A stretch of DNA of 13,924 nucleotides, from the NCBI GenBank assembly GCA_044236265.1, contig JBIIGV010000075.1:1-13924 (forward strand), read 5' to 3'. Positions 7,883-13,924 of this stretch are shown here, one piece after another (the first letter of the stretch is position 1; every line of letters begins with the position of its first letter). The translations under genes were made by a program, and so were the position numbers. The notes beneath the pieces were generated by a model. That model saw only the letters and a list, made by a program, of their open reading frames with translations. It did not search any database and was not told the origin of the DNA. The stretch is from Oligoflexales bacterium. GTDB lineage: Bacteria > Bdellovibrionota_B > Oligoflexia > Oligoflexales > RGVZ01.

Positions 7883-10360
7883 TTAGAGAGTCTGAATCGC
7901 GAGCTTTCTGATTTCTGGACCTTTCATGTTCCAGTTTTCATCGCTCATGAATTCAAACACGATTTCTAATTGATCGGCACCCTTGGTCGGGATTTCGATT
8001 TTCTGGTCTGGGCTGATATCGAATGTGCCGGAAACAGACGCTACATACTCCTCGTCGCCTGTCGCTGGGTCTCTAACGATGATATTGACGTAGTCCATGT
8101 CATCTTCGGTCTCCATTTTCATGGCAAGATCTAGCGTCACTGTTTCTTTGCCGGCGGTTGCGATAGATGCATAAAGTTGAGCTGTAGTGTTAGGGCTGTA
8201 GTTTGCGCCCTTCCCAATTTTGGCTACATTTCCTTTGGTCTGCCAGCCTTCGCCAGACGGACCTGCCATCTGCTGGGTATGCCAGAACTTAAGACCGTCT
8301 TTGAATGTTTCAGACAGCTCTTTCGATGCATCGAGCATTTTTCCACGCCAGCGAACTTCGCGCACGACGCGGAATTGGGTTTTACCATTAAGTTTACCGA
8401 CGACGTCGTATGCAGCCTCGGACCACTCGCCTTTCACATCAGTTAGGCTGACGGTGATCTCTTTATCATTTTCCGAGACGTCGTATTGTGCGACCTCTTT
8501 GCCGGCATGCATAACAACAAGGCTATCGATGCCGCGAACTTTTTCGGTCCATTCAGCGTAGGCGCCGTTTTTCATCATAAGGCTAGATTGCAGGGCTATG
8601 TGGCTCTTGTAGCGAGGCAGAATTTGCTTGATAGCCTTGTGTACTTCTTTCATCAGAACCCGAGACTCGCCGCCGACAACATCTTCAGTCACATAGCGTA
8701 CGACGATGTCAGACTTCACGCCTGCGTTTTCGATCAGCTGATCTTTGCTCTTTCCGACCCGAAGTGTTTGACGCCAAGAGACGCGCATGCTCTGAGCTCC
8801 GGGAAGCTTAACGAAAGGATTTTCTTCAGAAGAAGTGGTGTCGAAGATTTGACGGAAAATATCATAATCCATCACGTTGGCACCACCTGCACCGGTTGTC
8901 GCATGAGTTCCGATGATCGTTGCAGCACCGTGGTCTTGCATCGATGCAGCAAACAAGTCACATGCTGAGTAACAGGTTGCATCTGTCAGGATGACAACAG
9001 GCTTGAACCAAACCTGACCGTAGCGATTGGCAGCATCAGCTGACGTGATCACGCGAGGCTTCGTGTAGCGCGCATTGGCACTGATGCCATCGCGAGTATC
9101 TTGAGACCAGCCATTCTCACGGCCTTGGTTGGCGCGCAGGAACGTCTGAAGGTTCAGATCAGTTGGCAGATAACGGACGGGCATCGTTGCCACGTTATTC
9201 GGTGTAAACAGCTGGGTGAGTCCCTCGGCAAGAAGGATCAATCCACCGCCGTTTCCTCGCATATCGATGATCAAAGCCTGTGTTTTATCTTGGGCATCTT
9301 GGAGCAATGCTTTGACTTTGTGAATAACATCATCTGCCGATGACTCGTCTTCAGGAACGAATGTCTCGAGGTCAAACTTGGCTAACTTACCAGCTGGTGT
9401 CGATATCGTATAAAACTGACCAATTGGAAGTTTTCCGTCTTCGCCGAATGGAGACACTGTGTCTGGCAAGACGAGGTCTTTATAATCGCGAACGATTGGG
9501 TTTTCTCCTCGGACAAATGCCGAGTCGTGTATCGAGTTCTTCTTATTCTTCTTCTTTTTTGGTTTTGGCGCGAAGGTTTTCTCAGTCGCAGTTCCTTCCG
9601 CCTCTTTGACGCACGAAGGGATGTTGACGGCGGCAAAGTAACGAGTCTTGATTGTTACCTTTTCGCCCTTGCGATTCAGTTCATAATTGAGTTCGTTGTC
9701 ACTTGGAACAGGCTGTTCAGCCAAAGGAACTAGGGAAAGGTTCATGATTGCGCCCATGGTCATGGCGTCGTCGTTAGCGCCACCGCTCCATTTGCGTAGT
9801 TCTTCGAGAATTTCCGCGATAGGCTTGCCGTTTATGGCTACGAGCTCGTCTCCAGGTTCAGCAGCCGAAACCTCTGAGCCAGCGGCTTCTTCTACAACTT
9901 TGGTTTTGCCCTTAACGATAACCTTCAGCGTGCCGTTGTCGTATACGTCGGCAAAATGAAGAGGGGCAATGGCGTAGCTGCAACGTAGCGGCAGCGGAGC
10001 GCTGTAATTTGTGTGGTGATCATGAAGATCCAAAAAGATCTTCTGCATGGTCTTATGGAATTCTTCGTCGTTCATGGACGGGGCGCGCTTAACCATGTCT
10101 TTAAGGCGTGGCACAGGGTCAACTTGAGCGCCGAAGTCTTTAATTTTGACTTCGCGGTGGACGTATAGATTCTCGATGAACATGAGAGCTTGTTTTGCCA
10201 TCAGTTCACGCTCTTCAGGGGAATAGGCTTTGGGCTTCAATTCCGCCCGAGCGTCCGCAAGCGGACGAATATCCAACCCAGCTCGGGTAGCGGCGAAAGA
10301 TGGAGCTGCTAGCGTCAAGCCAGCAGAAGCAAGTAGCGACAGTGTAAAGAGCTTAGCCAT
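7883..10360 (-). CDS. Secreted S41-family (CPAF/tricorn-core-like) serine peptidase with PDZ-like domain and C-terminal beta-sandwich domains
   Basis: Signal peptide (MAKLFTLSLLASAGLTLAAPSFA). Motifs: LHDHHT (candidate catalytic His116), PGDELVAINGKP (PDZ-like), LIIDMRGNGGG, CYSACDLF (nucleophile Ser465, 8966-8968), TGAGGANV, IENAGVKSD. SD AAGGGA upstream of the ATG. Confidence 0.88.
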   Translation of the reverse strand: MAKLFTLSLLASAGLTLAAPSFAATRAGLDIRPLADARAELKPKAYSPEERELMAKQALMFIENLYVHREVKIKDFGAQVDPVPRLKDMVKRAPSMNDEEFHKTMQKIFLDLHDHHTNYSAPLPLRCSYAIAPLHFADVYDNGTLKVIVKGKTKVVEEAAGSEVSAAEPGDELVAINGKPIAEILEELRKWSGGANDDAMTMGAIMNLSLVPLAEQPVPSDNELNYELNRKGEKVTIKTRYFAAVNIPSCVKEAEGTATEKTFAPKPKKKKNKKNSIHDSAFVRGENPIVRDYKDLVLPDTVSPFGEDGKLPIGQFYTISTPAGKLAKFDLETFVPEDESSADDVIHKVKALLQDAQDKTQALIIDMRGNGGGLILLAEGLTQLFTPNNVATMPVRYLPTDLNLQTFLRANQGRENGWSQDTRDGISANARYTKPRVITSADAANRYGQVWFKPVVILTDATCYSACDLFAASMQDHGAATIIGTHATTGAGGANVMDYDIFRQIFDTTSSEENPFVKLPGAQSMRVSWRQTLRVGKSKDQLIENAGVKSDIVVRYVTEDVVGGESRVLMKEVHKAIKQILPRYKSHIALQSSLMMKNGAYAEWTEKVRGIDSLVVMHAGKEVAQYDVSENDKEITVSLTDVKGEWSEAAYDVVGKLNGKTQFRVVREVRWRGKMLDASKELSETFKDGLKFWHTQQMAGPSGEGWQTKGNVAKIGKGANYSPNTTAQLYASIATAGKETVTLDLAMKMETEDDMDYVNIIVRDPATGDEEYVASVSGTFDISPDQKIEIPTKGADQLEIVFEFMSDENWNMKGPEIRKLAIQTL

Positions 10361-10412
10361 GTGAATATTCCCTTATCTTTAAATCACCTAAAAAAGGTGG
10401 TCTCTCGGGCCC

Positions 10413-10441
10413 TCTTTACCCCTATTTTGGCCGGGCGTCCA
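10413..10441 (-). promoter_or_regulatory. Candidate sigma70-type promoter of the S41 peptidase gene
   Basis: On the minus strand TGGACG (10441-10436), 17 nt, TAAAGA (10418-10413), preceded by a very AT-rich UP-like tract (10442-10474). The -10 box lacks the final T. Confidence 0.35.
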
Positions 10442-10527
10442 ACAATATTTCATCAAATTTTAATTTTTAGAATAGACCCCTGAAATCATTGGGGTTCAAT
10501 GGGTATAAGGATTCATAATGCCCGGGT

Positions 10528-12596
<2,069 letters not shown>

Positions 12597-12710
12597 TAGC
12601 CAAGTTCTAAAGCATTGAAAATATTAAGGTATAGGGGCTCTTTGGGGGTTCGTTATTCTCTTTGCCGACGGTAGATCTAGGGGAAAGAGCCTCTTTGGAG
12701 CTGAACACCT

Positions 12711-13913
12711 ATGCGAATCAGGCCTGTCATCTTCAATATTTCATTGGCTGCAGGAGTCTTGCTCTCTGTGGTGATGGTCCTGGTGATCGCCAATCTATCT
12801 CGTATCATAAATGAGCAGCATGCACGGTTAATCAGTATGAATGATAACCACGAGGTATTGTCCATTGACGACAATCTTGGAAGGCTCAGACGGGAGGCCC
12901 TGACGCGCGCCGTTCTTTACGACGAGCTCATCAATCGCGACATGTTGCTTGACGGTATGGTTGTCAATTTGAACGCTAGCAGGCGGCCAGAGGGAGAGTG
13001 TGACAGTCTCCTTTTCTCGTCTCTTCGATATTATGCGTTGGCTTCTATGGGCTTGAAAGAGCGGGCCACTGAGGCCTGGGCATCGATAAAGGCTAGCCGC
13101 GATGGTGGGCAGTGGTTGCGTCACCCAAGATGTTCCAAGAGTCTTAGTCGTGACATGATTATGGGTGTAATGGTTGCGCTGAAAGCAAATCCAGAAAACG
13201 GCACGGCACTTTTTCGAACGATGCTCTCCGAGATTGATCGCAGGGGGGGATTTGTTGGGGACGGCCCATTCTATGTAAGTTGGTTGTCTCCAGGAATTGC
13301 TGGTTTATTGAGAATGGAAGCGGAGCGGCGCCACGTTCCATTTGAAGAATGGCCATGGATTTTAAAACAATCATTTTCATCGATCGAATATGATGCCATG
13401 TTTCTTGAAGAGGGTTACGTATCTCATCTGGCCGCTTTGGATCTTTGGCTTGAGATTAAACACTCGAAATCTCGCGAGGGATTCAATCCAAGAAGTTTTT
13501 TTGGGGCTATCGAACGCCTGGTTACATTGGATAAAAGTCTAGACACGTCACTGGATGTCCAGCGGCGTCAATGGATTTCTGGTCGGCTGAGAGCATTGCA
13601 CCCTGAGAACATTTTCTATCGATGGTTGGATCATGAGACATTCGGGACGTTGACGAATCAAAATCAGGAGCATTTATTGGCTGATCTTCTTTCCATGTCT
13701 CAGTTTCCCATGACGAGGCTGCCAATGAATTGCGATAGACGTGCGGACTACCTCTGGCAGAGGCGACATGCTGAGTTTTCTGGCGGCACAGATTTATGCA
13801 CCCGGACGTTCAGTGGGGTGGACTTCCTGTGGATGGCGTCGTTGTTGGGTGCCGGCACTGACGAGCAAGATCGCCAGGATATATCTGATGGCGGGGTTCC
13901 TGTTGCTCACTAA
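12711..13913 (+). CDS. Hypothetical protein with N-terminal membrane anchor, predominantly helical
   Basis: 400-aa ORF, GGAG at 12697-12700, TM segment VIFNISLAAGVLLSVVMVLVIA, divergent from tgt. No function recognised with confidence. Confidence 0.75.
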   Translation: MRIRPVIFNISLAAGVLLSVVMVLVIANLSRIINEQHARLISMNDNHEVLSIDDNLGRLRREALTRAVLYDELINRDMLLDGMVVNLNASRRPEGECDSLLFSSLRYYALASMGLKERATEAWASIKASRDGGQWLRHPRCSKSLSRDMIMGVMVALKANPENGTALFRTMLSEIDRRGGFVGDGPFYVSWLSPGIAGLLRMEAERRHVPFEEWPWILKQSFSSIEYDAMFLEEGYVSHLAALDLWLEIKHSKSREGFNPRSFFGAIERLVTLDKSLDTSLDVQRRQWISGRLRALHPENIFYRWLDHETFGTLTNQNQEHLLADLLSMSQFPMTRLPMNCDRRADYLWQRRHAEFSGGTDLCTRTFSGVDFLWMASLLGAGTDEQDRQDISDGGVPVAH

Positions 13914-13924
13914 GGCTTCAGTAC

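Noticed and set aside
8177..9959. Cluster of + strand ORFs of 68-160 aa (e.g. 8486..8968)
   Set aside because: All are antisense to the S41 protease gene and show no recognisable motifs; typical shadow ORFs.
10385..10399. CACCT-AAAAA-AGGTG hairpin in the protease leader
   Set aside because: Only 5 bp and does not cover the SD; expected by chance.
10476..10495. ACCCC-N10-GGGGT inverted repeat downstream of the tgt fusion as a terminator
   Set aside because: Short stem and no proper U-tract on the minus strand; too weak to call.
12636..12691. GGCTCTTT/AAAGAGCC inverted repeat and a GCCGAC sigma28-like -10 box upstream of the last gene
   Set aside because: No TAAA-type -35 at the right spacing, and I recognise no riboswitch (e.g. 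preQ1) consensus; insufficient support.

Overview
Bacterial chromosomal window with ten protein-coding genes and no recognisable RNA genes, mobile elements or CRISPR array. The gene content (CPAF-like S41 protease, sigma54-type lipoprotein promoter, unassigned exported proteins) suggests Bdellovibrionota/Oligoflexia or another delta-type lineage, but this is inference only. Left part (1-5902, +): a tightly coupled putative surface-glycan operon with a 5'-truncated NfrB-like processive GT2, a DUF2334/CE4-like deacetylase, an unknown exported protein and a GH113-like hydrolase. Middle: a class V PLP aminotransferase whose Shine-Dalgarno (SD) lies in a perfect 11-bp hairpin, a lipoprotein behind a near-consensus sigma54 promoter, a bidirectional terminator, and a large secreted S41 protease (-). 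Right: a single 676-aa ORF fusing a tRNA-guanine transglycosylase (TGT) to an MnmC2/MnmD-type SAM methyltransferase (-), and a divergent membrane-anchored hypothetical protein. The two best candidates for undescribed biology are (1) the TGT-methyltransferase fusion, possibly making an N-methylated 7-deazaguanine at tRNA position 34, and (2) the NfrB-type glycan operon with deacetylase and hydrolase partners. All family assignments come from motif recognition by eye; no searches were run.
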